Assembly (NCBI RefSeq): GCF_006345805.1
Contig: NW_021832275.1
Location: forward strand, 8,556 to 72,555
Source of the DNA: Octopus sinensis
Lineage: Eukaryota
DNA length: 64,000 bases
Direction: 5' to 3'
Below the pieces are notes generated by a model. The model saw only the letters and a program-made list of their open reading frames with translations, was not told where the DNA came from and searched no databases. The position numbers were made by a program, and so were the translations under genes. Of this stretch, positions 1 through 10,863 are shown piece after piece (position 1 is the stretch's first letter; every line of letters starts with the position of its first letter).

Positions 1-457
1 ATGTATGTGTATGTGTATATATATGTATATGTGTGTGTGTGTGTATGTATGTGTGTATGTATATATGTATGTATGTGTGTGTATATATGTTACATATGTG
101 TATAGGTATAAGTGAGAATCTCCTTATTTACCTAAAACTCTATTCTTTTTTATAATATTTTTTTATTTTTTTATTTATTCTTTTATCTAATTTACCACTG
201 ACTCCTGACCACTCCCCCAAGTATGATATTTTGCGCTATGTTTACCCCCAAAAAGTCCCCCACCCCCACCACCCCTTTAAACCTGCCTAAATGTATAAAT
301 GCCAATACAATTCTTGTTAACTAGCTTCCTGAAGATTTCTCTTGAATGAAACAGTTCTAGTCCTGTAGAAGCTCCTTCTATATAATAAATTAATTTTACT
401 CTCTATGTAGGAGTACCTTATTTACTGTGGTTAACCCCGAATCAACCCGGGACCTAC
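1..457 (+). mobile_element. HHR-bearing non-coding repeat, family A, copy A (TG-rich leader, ~350-bp unique body, ends in (TA)n); truncated by window start
   Basis: GTATAAGTGAGAATCTCC...AACCCGGGACCTAC body recurs at ~8030-8414 (+) and ~42250-42560 (-); contains an HHR motif. Confidence 0.7.
323..373 (+). ncRNA. Type I hammerhead ribozyme motif (family A)
   Basis: AGCTTC-CTGAAGA-TTTCTCTTGAAT-GAAACAG-TTCTAGTC-CTGTA^GAAGCT: 6-bp stem I, CUGANGA/GAAA core, 4-bp stem III, GUA site (predicted cut after 367); U.U at the base of stem II. Confidence 0.75.
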
Positions 458-960
458 ATATATATATATATATATATATAATATATATACATATATATAT
501 ATACATATATATATATACATATATACATATACATATATATACATACGTATATATACATACATATATATACATATATATATATACATATATATATACATAT
601 ATATATATACACATATATATACACATATATATACACACATATATATATATACACATATATATATATACGCACATATATATATATACACATATATATATAT
701 ATACACATATAATAACATACACATATATATATATACACATATATATATACACATATATATATATACACATATATATATATATACACATATATATATACAT
801 ATATATATACACACATATATATATATATACGTATATATATATATATACGTATATATATATATACGTATATATATATACACGTATATATATATATACGTAT
901 ATATATATACGTATATATATATATACAGGTATATATATATACATGTATATATATATATAT
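458..960. repeat. (TA)n/(TACA)n microsatellite
   Basis: direct reading. Confidence 0.95.
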
Positions 961-1047
961 ATATTAATAAAAAGAATTCCAACCTTGTCTGATTTTCACG
1001 TTTTATTTACAATCTTATAATGATATATTATAAGATAATATATTATA
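961..1047. repeat. Terminal direct repeat of the PLE (3' copy)
   Basis: ATATTAATAAAAAGAATTCC...GATAATATATTATA identical to 5228-5314. Confidence 0.9.
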
Positions 1048-1096
1048 ATTGAATAAAATAAAATGAAATAGTAGAATGTTAAATATTCATTCTGAT

Positions 1097-1141
1097 TGAA
1101 CTAGTACTTTCATGCATTGAATTCTGCAATCTTCGGGTTCA
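1097..1141 (-). ncRNA. Minimal type I HHR in the PLE 3' pLTR (U4C variant)
   Basis: minus strand TGAAC-CCGAAGA-T-TGCA-GAATTCAA-TGCA-T-GAAAGTACTA^GTTCA; palindromic AGTACT stem III, CUA site. Confidence 0.6.
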
Positions 1142-1640
1142 TGTAGTAGTGTTGACAGTCATGCTTCACAATTTTTGACTGTAGCAAGATGATTGATTCT
1201 GTGCTATAAATACAGCTGGGTAGGCTCCAGAGTGCTAGGTTTTGCAAACTGTATTCTGACCAATCAGTGTGTAGTATCACTCAATTACTTAAGCTGATTG
1301 GTTGGTTGAGCTGATTGGTTTAGGCGTCACGCTTTGTTGGACATGTCAAGAGTCCTGTATCTTGACCCTGGCCGAAGCAGCAATTGTTGGGTTATTTTTA
1401 GAAATGTTGTAAATATCCTTTGTCAGAGATTTTTATATTTTTATATTTCAATTGTCATCATCATCATTGTCAGCACCTTAATTATTGTTGCTAGTGGTGA
1501 TGGTTATGGCAATAGAACTTTTACCCTAAATAAGATAATTTTCCTGCTATCTTCGTCTTGATCACCTTTAGTATTGTTGTTGTTGTTAGTGGTCATGGTC
1601 GTAGCAGTGGAAGTAATACCTCTAAGTATTATTATTATTA

Positions 1641-4600
1641 TTATTGCTTATTTAGCTTGGGTTCGAATTTATCAATAAAATTCTTTTCTCTGATTTTCCT
1701 CTCGATTTCACTTGGGCTGTGTAATTTGTAGAATGGAAATATTATATATATTTTCCGACCACATGTTGCTAGGTGGTTACTCAAAGGTATCTGACGGACC
1801 TCTGGGTCTCTAATCTGTTGCCGGTGTACACGTGAGCGTTCTAATAGTGCGTTTCCCGTCTGACCTACATATATTTCTTCACAATTTGGGCATTTGATGC
1901 AGTAAATTAAATTTCTGCTTTTGCAGTTCATATTCGCGTTTGTGAATATTTTCCCGGTTTTTGTGTTTATATATTGACCGGTATGTATGAATTGGCATGT
2001 GCCACATCGGCTATCATTGCATTTAGATACCGTGAATGTTTGGTCTTTGTTGCTGAGGTCAAATTTTGCCTTTGTTAGTAATGTTTTCAAGTTTTTAGGC
2101 TGTCTTTTACTAAGCACCATAGCTCGATCCGTGATTATGTCTTTTAATTCATTACTTTGGGCAATGATTGGTAGGTTTGCTTTGGCAATGTTGAAGATAT
2201 TCTGGTGACATGGGTTGTGTGTCACTATGAATGGTATGACTTGTTCTTGTTTTCCTCTTCCTTGGGTTGTCCTAAGTTGTTGTATAGGTATTATAGCCCG
2301 CTGTATGCCATTTTCTATAAGTAGAGATGGGTATTTTTGTTTGAGCAAAAATTCTCTTAGTTCTATTAGGCGTTTGTTCCTGATATTTGCATCTTCTACA
2401 ATAGTACAAATTCTTCTGGCTAGGCAGTATGGGATGTTACGTTTTGTATGTGGTGGATGGCACGACTTAAAATTTAGGTATTGATGTGTGTCTGTGTGTT
2501 TATAGTATATATCTGTGGTGATGGTGGTGTCTTTTTAATTACCATTATATCCAGGAATGGTAATTTGGTACTACTCATCTCCTTTGTAAATTGGAGAGAT
2601 GGGTGTAGGTTGTTCAGGAGGATATTGAACTCTTCCAGAGTATTTAGAGATTCTGTCCAGATTATGAAACAGTCGTCTAGGTATCTCTTCCATGCCTTTT
2701 CAATATACTTTCTAAACCCAGTGCCATAGTTTACCTCCACCTCTTGGTAGAGTTGTTCTTCTAAGTATCCCATTACAGAGTTGGCGTAAACGGGAGCAAA
2801 CCTCGTTCCCATCGCCGTGCCTCTAATTTGGATGTAATTCTTTCCATTGAAGAAGAATGTGTTATTTTCTAGAATAAGCTTGACTGTGTCTAATATAAAA
2901 GGCACTGTGAATCTGCTGGGAATCACTTCTCTATGTTTTTCTAACCAGTATTTAATCGCCTTTATTCCTAAATCGTGTGGAATATTGGTGTAGAGGCTTA
3001 CCACATCAAAACTTAGTAAAACTGAATTTGTTTCTGTTGTTTTGGGAAGATGGGACAGGAAGTCGATGTCATCCCTGATGAAACTTGGTATGTAAGTACA
3101 TAGTGGTTTCAAAACAATGTCAATAAAATTGCTTAGACGGTGTGTAGGGCATGCTGGACCAGCTATAATAGGTCTAAGTTTTAGGTCTTTTGGATGTAAT
3201 AATTTTATGTACTCACTTTCTTGTTCTTTTACTGCCTGTTGAATGTTTTTTGATTTGTGTATTTTTGGTAAGCCGTAGAAGTTGCTGGGTTTTGGTTCAA
3301 AATTGGTGATGTAGTCTTTTTCATTATCCGTAAGTGAGTTGTGGTGTGTTGAAATTAGGTTGTTGATCTTTTTCATGATGTGGTGGTCTATATTTGCGGG
3401 TATTTCACAATAGAAGGTTGTATCCTTCAGTTGTCTTCAACCAAATCCTTATAGTATTCGGTATCCATAATAACAATTGCACCACCTTTATCTGCTTGTT
3501 TAATTATTATTGTTTGATCGTTTTGTATACGTTTACATGCAGACATCTCTGATTTGCTAATGTTTGGCCTAACATTGGTATTGCGTCTAAGGGGAAATTT
3601 AGACAGGATATCAATGTATTGGTCAGGTAGTTATTTCTTTCTTTTTTGGGTGGGGTGAAATTTGATTTATTCCTTACTAGGGATTCATCAATCTCATTAC
3701 TTTTGTTAGCGAAGAATTCTACAAGTCGTAATTTTCGACAGAATTTTTGGATATCCTCCTTTAATTCTTGGTGGTTGGCTGTTGGTGTAGGTGTGAATTT
3801 CAGTCCTTTTGACAGAAGTTGGATTTCATCATTGTCAAAATCTCTTTTTGATAAATTAATTATTTTAGGATCTATACGTTCAGTTGTTTGGGGTATGTTT
3901 CCTCTTGGATTTTTTCTTTCTCCGGTGTTTTTGTCCTGACGTAAAAAAATGGATTTTTTTCTGGTTATGATTTATATTCCTGTTGATGTTTGCTTGATGA
4001 ATTTTGCGTTTTGGTTGTGGTACTTTACTTGGTTTCGTTATGTTTTCTGTCTTGTTTTTGTATTATGTATGCTACTTTTCAATTTCTTGTTAGCATTGTT
4101 TTTAGCCACCTGGAGAAATGATCTGGGTTACTTCTAGATCTAGATCGGTTTTTTGTCCAGTTCTTGTGGGTAATCTCTGTTGAGGTCTTGAAAATGATCT
4201 CCTGTTATTTCTACTGCTAATGGTCTGTTCAAAACAATATCTATTTTGTTTGTGCTTTTTGTTCATGTTGTGTGCATTGGGGTGTTTGCATACAAAATGG
4301 GAAGAGTTCTTACCGTAGTTCGTCTTCGATTCGTGGAAAACAGGTGTTCATGTTGCCACGTGTTCTGGTGTATGTTGCGTTGGTGAGGTTGTCCACTTTT
4401 AATGCTATTTCTCGGAGCTCTGTTGTCTTTACCGTAGTTTGTAGCATATTTGTCGAGAAATAATTGTTTCCGCTGCCAAAACTTTCTTGATCTGCTTTCT
4501 TCTTTTGAGATATCTCTGATCCATAGTTCTCGCATTTTTTCTGCTATATTGCCGGTCGTTAGTTTGGATATTTCATCTCTGATTTGATCATCGATAGCTT

Positions 4601-5159
4601 CGTATTTGCTTTGTAGCGGGATTGTTTAGACAGGGTAATGGAGATGTCGGTCCTGAATTTTATCAAACTAAGGTCCCATCGAAGTTTAGTTTCTTCCTCT
4701 GGTTCTCCTGCAATTTCTTTAATTAGGTACTTCCGAGGAAGTATGGGTGCCGCTAAAGATATCCATTTCGAATGTATTTCAGCATATTTTTCGCATTTAT
4801 ATGCCTTCCAGAAGTTTTGTTTTCTTATGTTAAGGAGTTTTTTCCATGTCTTCTGTATCTCTTCTCTTTTTCGGTGTGCCTCTTTTTCCAGATTTCTTTC
4901 GTTTATTTCTGACATCCAAGGAGGTTGTGGTAGGCTTTCTCTTGTAGATTTTATAATTGTTGGTATCATTTCAGCTAAATTCTTAATTTCAGAGTTTTAT
5001 GTGTTCATTTCCAAGTTTTCCGTCTGTAGACTGTTTTTCTATTTCCTTTAAAATAGAGGATTGTGTGTCAATCATCGTGATGAGTGTTGATAATTTCGAT
5101 GAAATTTCCATTAGAATTCTTTCTGATTCTGTTAATTTTGTTTGTTGCTTTCCAGACAT
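1641..5159 (-). pseudogene. Frameshifted Penelope polyprotein ORF (ATG at 5159, MSGKQQ...; stop at 1641)
   Basis: ORF pieces 4989-5249, 4559-4969, 4263-4535, 2474-3376 and 1641-2348 are collinear; frames rejoin with single-base indels at ~3435 (LVE-RQLKDTTFY) and ~2535 (VIKK-DTTITTDIYYKHTDTHQYL). Confidence 0.8.
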
Positions 5160-5227
5160 GTTGGCATATACACAATAGGAATATAGAATATATATATATG
5201 GGTGTGTGTGATTGTGTATAGAAGAAT

Positions 5228-5314
5228 ATATTAATAAAAAGAATTCCAACCTTGTCTGATTTTCACGTTTTATTTACAATCTTATAATGATATATTATAA
5301 GATAATATATTATA
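5228..5314. repeat. Terminal direct repeat of the PLE (5' partial pLTR)
   Basis: identical to 961-1047. Confidence 0.9.
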
Positions 5315-5536
5315 TATGTATATATATATATATGTATATATATATGTATATACTAAGCAATAAGGGTTTAGCAACGAGTTGCCTTACCACATACCGAATT
5401 TAGAAATAGCAGTCAAAGGGTTATAGCTATTTCTTCTACTAAAAAGGGAGATCTCAGTAAAAACAGCATTTGGAAGGCAGACACAAACAGGTAAGAGAGA
5501 ATGAATTGACTGCAATCTATCATACATTTTTTTAGT

Positions 5537-5658
5537 TATCCACCGACGTACGTTTCGAAATCAGTTTTAAGGAAAGCATAAGAATTAATATTAAATATTA
5601 AATAATAAATAATTCTATCTTACCGAAACTTCTTTTCTCTTCTCTTCAGCGTAGAATA
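5537..5658 (-). ncRNA. Type I HHR with extended stem II, array copy 1 (G.G mismatch next to the cleavage site, 5-nt insertion)
   Basis: CTACG-CTGAAGA-GAA...TTTC-GAAAC-GTAC-GTC^GGTGG. Confidence 0.65.
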
Positions 5659-6145
5659 CTATAATCATAAATGATTATATATTGAATTTTGAGATACCAG
5701 AAGGCACCAACTCCACTCAGTATCAGAGCGAGCTAGAATCCGTAACTGGTATCACCGAATTCAATTTGTGAATGAAACGATTGTGTCAACAGCCCCTTCC
5801 CACCCGCGTGTAGCCAAAACAAGATGCTGTGGTCATCTACTGAGATAAAATATGGTTATCCGTAATAATGAAGGGTGAAATTAATTAATTTGGAAAAATT
5901 ATCAATTACACCAAGTAGTCTTCGGCATGTAAAAGCCTCATTCGAGGAAAATTTAAGTATACTAAGCAATAAGGGTTTAGCAACGAGTTGCCTTACCACA
6001 TACCGAATTTAGAAATAGCAGTCAAAGGGTTATAGCTATTTCTTCTACTAAAAAGGGAGATCTCAGTAAAAACAGCATTTGGAAGGCAGACACAAACAGG
6101 TAAGAGAGAATGAATTGACTGCAATCTATCATACATTTTTTTAGT

Positions 6146-6264
6146 TATCCACGGACGTACGTTTCGAAATCAAGTTTTAAGGAAAGCATAAGAATTAAAT
6201 ATTAAATATTAAATAATAAATAATTCTATCTTACCGAAACTTCTTTTCTCTTCAGCGTAGAATA
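6146..6264 (-). ncRNA. Type I HHR with 83-nt stem II, array copy 2
   Basis: TAT(T)CTACG-CTGAAGA-GAAA...TTTC-GAAAC-GTAC-GTC^CGTGGATA; full canonical core. Confidence 0.8.
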
Positions 6265-6748
6265 CTATAATCATAAATGATTATATATTGAATTTTGAGA
6301 TACCAGAAGGCACCAACTCCACTCAGTCAGAGCGAGCTAGAATCCGCAACTGGTATCACCGAATTCAATTTGTGAATGAAACGATTGTGTCAACAGCCCC
6401 TTCCCACCCGCGTGTAGCCAAAACAAGATGCTGTGGTCATCTACTGAGATAAAATATGGTTATCCGTAATAATGAAGGGTGAAATTAATTAATTTGGAAA
6501 ATTATCAATTACACCAAGTAGTCTTCGGCATGTAAAAGCCTCATTCGAGGAAAATTTAAGTAATACTAAGCAATAAGGGTTTAGCAACGAGTTGCCTTAC
6601 CACATACCGAATTTAGAAATAGCAGTCAAAGGGTTATAGCTATTTCTTCTACTAAAAAGGAGATCTCAGTAAAAACAGCATTTGGAAGGCAGACACAAAC
6701 AGGTAAGAGAGAATGAATTGACTGCAATCTATCATACATTTTTTTAGT

Positions 6749-6865
6749 TATCCACGGACGTACGTTTCGAAATCAAGTTTTAAGGAAAGCATAAGAATTA
6801 AATATTAATATAAATAATAAATAATTCTATCTTACCGAAACTTCTTTTCTCTTCAGCGTAGAATA
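6749..6865 (-). ncRNA. Type I HHR with extended stem II, array copy 3
   Basis: same architecture as copy 2; GUC at 6757-6759. Confidence 0.8.
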
Positions 6866-7219
6866 CTATAATCATAAATGATTATATATTGAATTTTGAG
6901 ATACCAAAGGCACCAACTCCACTCAGTATCAGAGCGAGCTAGAATCCGCAACTGGTATCACCGAATTCAATTTGTGAATGAAACGATTGTGTCAACAGCC
7001 CCTTCCCACCCGCGTGTAGCCAAAACAAGATGCTGTGGTCATCTACTGAGATAAAATATGGTTATCCGTAATAATGAAGGGTGAAATTAATTAATTTGGA
7101 AAAATTATCAATTACACCAAGTAGTCTTCGGCATGTAAAAGCCTCATTCGAGGAAAATTTAAGTAATACTAAGCAATAAGGGTTTAGCAACGAGTTGCCT
7201 TACCACATACCGAATTTAT

Positions 7220-8414
7220 AATATGTATATTATATATATATATACATGTATGTATTTGTATGTAGGTGTATATGTATGTGTGTGTATTTATATTTATTGG
7301 TGTATATGTATAGACTAGCCTTCTAAGAGTGTAGACATGAATCTGTATGTACGCGTACGTATGTGTATATACGTGAATGTATGTAGATGTATGTATGTAT
7401 GAATATAACTCGTGCGTGCGTGTATGTGTATGAGTGTACGAATGAGTGAGTGTACGTGCTAAAGAGTGTGCGTGAGTAAATGAGTGCTTGTTTTCCAGTA
7501 GACAGATAAATGGACTGGCTGTCATAGCCAAGATGTTTGTGACCAGCGATCAAAGATAACAAAAGTAATAAATGAAGATAATAAAATTAAAATTAGGGAA
7601 TGGGTCTGTATTTGTATGTGTGTATGTGTAGGTATGCATAGGTACACACATGTATATATATATGTGTATGTATATGTATGTGTGTGTATATGTGTGTGTA
7701 TGTGTATATATGTGTATATAGGGACTAGTGTGCTGTGTGTACATGTGTGTGTGTGGATATGTGTGTGTATGCCTGTATGTGAGTATGTATGTGTATGTGT
7801 ATATATATTTTTCTGTGTGTATATGTATGTGTGGTCGTGTGTGTATATATACATGTGTGTATACGTGTATGCATGTGAGTGTGTGTATGTATACATATAT
7901 GTGTATGTGTAGATATGTATATGTATGTGTAAGTGTATATATATGTATATATGTGTGTGTGTACGTATGTGTGTATGTATATGTATATATGTTTGTATGT
8001 GTGTGTATATATGTATACATATGTGCATAGGTATAAGTGAGAATCTCCTTATTTACCTAAAACTCTATTCCCTTTTTTTATATATATTTTTATATATTTT
8101 TTTATATATTTAAAAAAAATTTTTTTTTTATTTATTCTTCTATCTAATTTAACACTGACTCCTTGACCACTCCCCCAAGTATGATATTTTGCGCTATGCC
8201 TACCCCCAAAAAGTCCCCCACCAACACCCCTTTAAACCTGCCTAAATGTATAAATGCCAATACAATTCTTGTTAACTAGCTTCCTGAAGATTTCTCTTGA
8301 ATGAAACAGTTCTAGTCCTGTAGAAGCTCCTTCTATATAATAAATTAATTTTACTCTGCTATGTATTGAGTACCTTATTTACTGTGGTTAACCCCGAATC
8401 AACCCGGGACCTAC
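7220..8414 (+). mobile_element. Family A HHR-bearing repeat, copy B (TG-rich leader plus unique body)
   Basis: 7920-8414 aligns with 1-457; 5' boundary uncertain. Confidence 0.65.
8278..8328 (+). ncRNA. Type I HHR (family A), identical to 323-373
   Basis: AGCTTCCTGAAGATTTCTCTTGAATGAAACAGTTCTAGTCCTGTAGAAGCT. Confidence 0.75.
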
Positions 8415-8478
8415 GTATATATATAATACGTATATATATATATATACGTATATATATACATATGTATATATATATACA

Positions 8479-8523
<45 letters not shown>

Positions 8524-8525
<2 letters not shown>

Positions 8526-8595
8526 CTTTGATACTTTGATAGGTTTCGGCCATTATTGGCCCAGGCCATGTCTAACTTAATAGCACCACCTGGTG
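8524..8595 (-). mobile_element. Very short 3'-end fragment of a CR1-group LINE with (TCAAAGTA)n tail
   Basis: GGCCATGTCTAACTTAATAGCACCACCTGG shared with the LINE 3' end at ~17770. Confidence 0.7.
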
Positions 8596-8625
8596 CTATT
8601 ATATATATGTTATATAATATATATG

Positions 8626-8661
<36 letters not shown>

Positions 8662-8880
8662 TATTGTATATATATATATATATACAAGATATATATATAT
8701 ATATACGTTTAAATATTTGTGTGCAAGTTTTTTTGTGTGAAGTCGTGTGTTGAAACAGATATTGTTATATTTCGGAATGGTCATATTGCCAGTTTAGCCA
8801 ATAAAAACACACGCACTATATATTTGGTGTTATTTTGCTTCAGTGATATTTATTTTTTACATTCATCTTAATCTTATTTC

Positions 8881-8925
8881 GGCCAGAGTTCTTTCGTCAC
8901 ACTCCTGTGACCGCATCAGTGGTCC
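8881..8925 (-). ncRNA. Variant or degenerate HHR-like motif
   Basis: GGACCA-CTGATGCG-GTCAC-AGGAGT-GTGAC-GAAAGAACTC^TGGCC: stems I and II pair, core deviates (A9->C plus one extra nt). Confidence 0.45.
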
Positions 8926-9398
8926 TTTGTTTTCTTCTTTCGTATTTGTGTCTCTGCTTACTAACCATCAGCCATTTTGTATTTCCATATATATTATATA
9001 TATATATATATAATATATATATATATATATTATATATATATACACATTTATATATACATATATCTATATATCTATATATATACATAATATATATATATAC
9101 TATATATATATATATATATATACATATATATGTATCCATATATCTATTATGTATATATATACATATCTATATATGTATATATATACATAATATATATATA
9201 TATATGTATATATATATGTATATATATATATGTATATATATGTATATACACATATATATATGTATATTATATATATATGTAATATATGTTATTACACATA
9301 TATATATGTATATATATATATGTATATATATATATAATATATATATATATATACACATATACTCTTTACTTTTTTACTCTTTTACTTGTTTCAGTCAT

Positions 9399-10863
9399 GC
9401 TAGCATGGGTTGGACAGTTCAACTGGGGTCTGTGAAGCTGGAAGGCTTCATCAGGCCCAGTCAGATCTGGCAGTGTTTCTACGGCTGGATGCCCTTCCTA
9501 ACACCAACCACTCCGTGAGTGTAGTGGGTGCTTTTTATGTGCCACCCGCACAGGTGCCAGACAGAGCTGGCAAACGGCCACGAACGGATGGTGCTTTTAC
9601 GTGTCACCGGCACGGGGGCCAGGCGAGGCTGGCAACGGACACGAACGGATGGTGCTTTTACGTGCCACCAACACGGGGGCCAGACAGAGCTGGCAAACGG
9701 CCTCGAAACGGACGGTGCTTTTACGTGTCACCGGCACGGGGCCCTGGCGAGGCTGGCAACGAACACGAACGGATGGTGCTTTTACGTGCCACCGACACGG
9801 GAGCCAGACAGAGCTGGCAAACGGCCACGAACGGATGGTGCTTTTACGTTTCACCTGCACGGGGCCCAGGCGAGGCTGGCAACGGACACGAACGGATGGT
9901 GCTTTTACGTGCCACCGACACGGAGGCTAGACGGGGCGGCGCTGGCAACGACCATGATCGGATGGTTCGTTTAACCACAGCTGCAATTCCCACTGATGTT
10001 GATCGACCTCAATTTGGTTCTGCTTTCTGATATATGAATTGATTTGGTTTGATTTTGATTTTGACTGTTCTCACTGGTCTTGCCGGGTTTTCTCACGCAC
10101 AGCATACTTCCAAAGGTCTCGGTCTCTGGTCATTTCCTTGGTGAGACCTAAAGTTCAAAGGTTGTGCTTCACCACCTCGACCCAGGTTTTCCTGGGTTTA
10201 CCTCTTCCACAGGTCCCCTCAACTGCCACGGTGTGGCACTTTCGCACACAACTATCTTTAGCCATTCTCATCACATGACCATACCAGCGCAAACGTCTCT
10301 CTTGCACACAACGACTGATGCTTCTTAGGTTCAACTTTTTTCTCAAGGTACTTACACTCTGTCGATTATGAACACTGACGTTACACATCCATCGGAGCAT
10401 ACTAGCTTCATTTCTTGCAAGCTTACGCAAATCCTCAGCAGTCACAGCCCAAGTTTCACTACCATGTAGCATGGCTGTACGTACACATGCATCATACAGT
10501 CTGCCTTTTACTTTGAGCGAGAGGCCTTTTGTCACCAGCAGGGTAAGAGCTCTCTAAACTTTGCCCAGGCTATTCTTACTCTAGCAGTTACACTTTCAGC
10601 ACACCTGCCCTCGCTACTGACTTGGTCACCTAGGTAGTGGAAGCTATCAACTACTTCTAGTTTTTCTCCCTGGAACGTGGTAGAAGTTGGTCTCTGCATA
10701 TTTTCAGAGTTTATTGCTCCTGAGCATCTGCCACAGATAAAAACTATTTTCCTACTTAGTCTTCCTTTGACATTACTACATCTCTTATGTGTCCATAGCT
10801 TACATTTGGTGCATCTTATAGAGTTTCTACTTACGCCTTTTCTACAGATCGAGCAGGGCCATC
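9399..10863 (-). mobile_element. 5'-truncated RTE-clade LINE with tandem-repeat 3' UTR
   Basis: ORF 10155-10535 (LYDACVRTAMLHGSETW...RLRWYGHV...GRGKPRKTW) and tail CTGGATGCCCTTCCTAAC, homologous to 14601-16787. Confidence 0.85.
9555..9960. repeat. ~61-bp minisatellite arranged (A-B)3-C within the RTE 3' UTR
   Basis: core CGAACGGATGGTGCTTTTACGTG recurs about every 61 bp with alternating variants. Confidence 0.85.

Larger units (their letters stand above)
961..5314 (-). mobile_element. Near-full-length Penelope-like retroelement (RT plus C-terminal GIY-YIG endonuclease) with 87-bp terminal direct repeat and 3' HHR
   Basis: PLE RT motifs (IIIKQADKGG, FYGLPKIHK, LRPII, FDVVSLYTNIP, GTAMG, RYLDD, LPFLD), Cys linker CNDSRCGTC, GIY-YIG LIYCIKCPNCEEIYVGQT; 961-1047 matches 5228-5314. 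Confidence 0.92.
5351..7217 (-). repeat. Tandem array of a ~605-bp non-coding unit (3 copies plus ~51 bp), one HHR per unit; retrozyme-like
   Basis: unit starts (TACTAAGCAATAAGGG) at 5351, 5960, 6564 and 7167; copies nearly identical; flanked by (TA)n. Confidence 0.9.

Noticed and set aside
3427-3429. In-frame TGA in the Penelope ORF as possible selenocysteine (Naiad-type PLE)
   Set aside because: A single-base frameshift just upstream restores PLE-like sequence (RQLKDTTFY), and the endonuclease is C-terminal, unlike Naiad/Chlamys.
5351-7217. Array as an rDNA/5S/snRNA/histone repeat or as the pLTR of the adjacent PLE
   Set aside because: No recognisable rRNA, snRNA or histone sequence, and the unit shows no visible similarity to the PLE-1 3' region (961-1640).
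9555-9960. CRISPR-like look of regularly spaced ~61-bp repeats
   Set aside because: The inter-repeat segments are themselves repeated (A/B alternation), there are no unique spacers or cas genes, the context is eukaryotic, and the array lies in an RTE 3' UTR.
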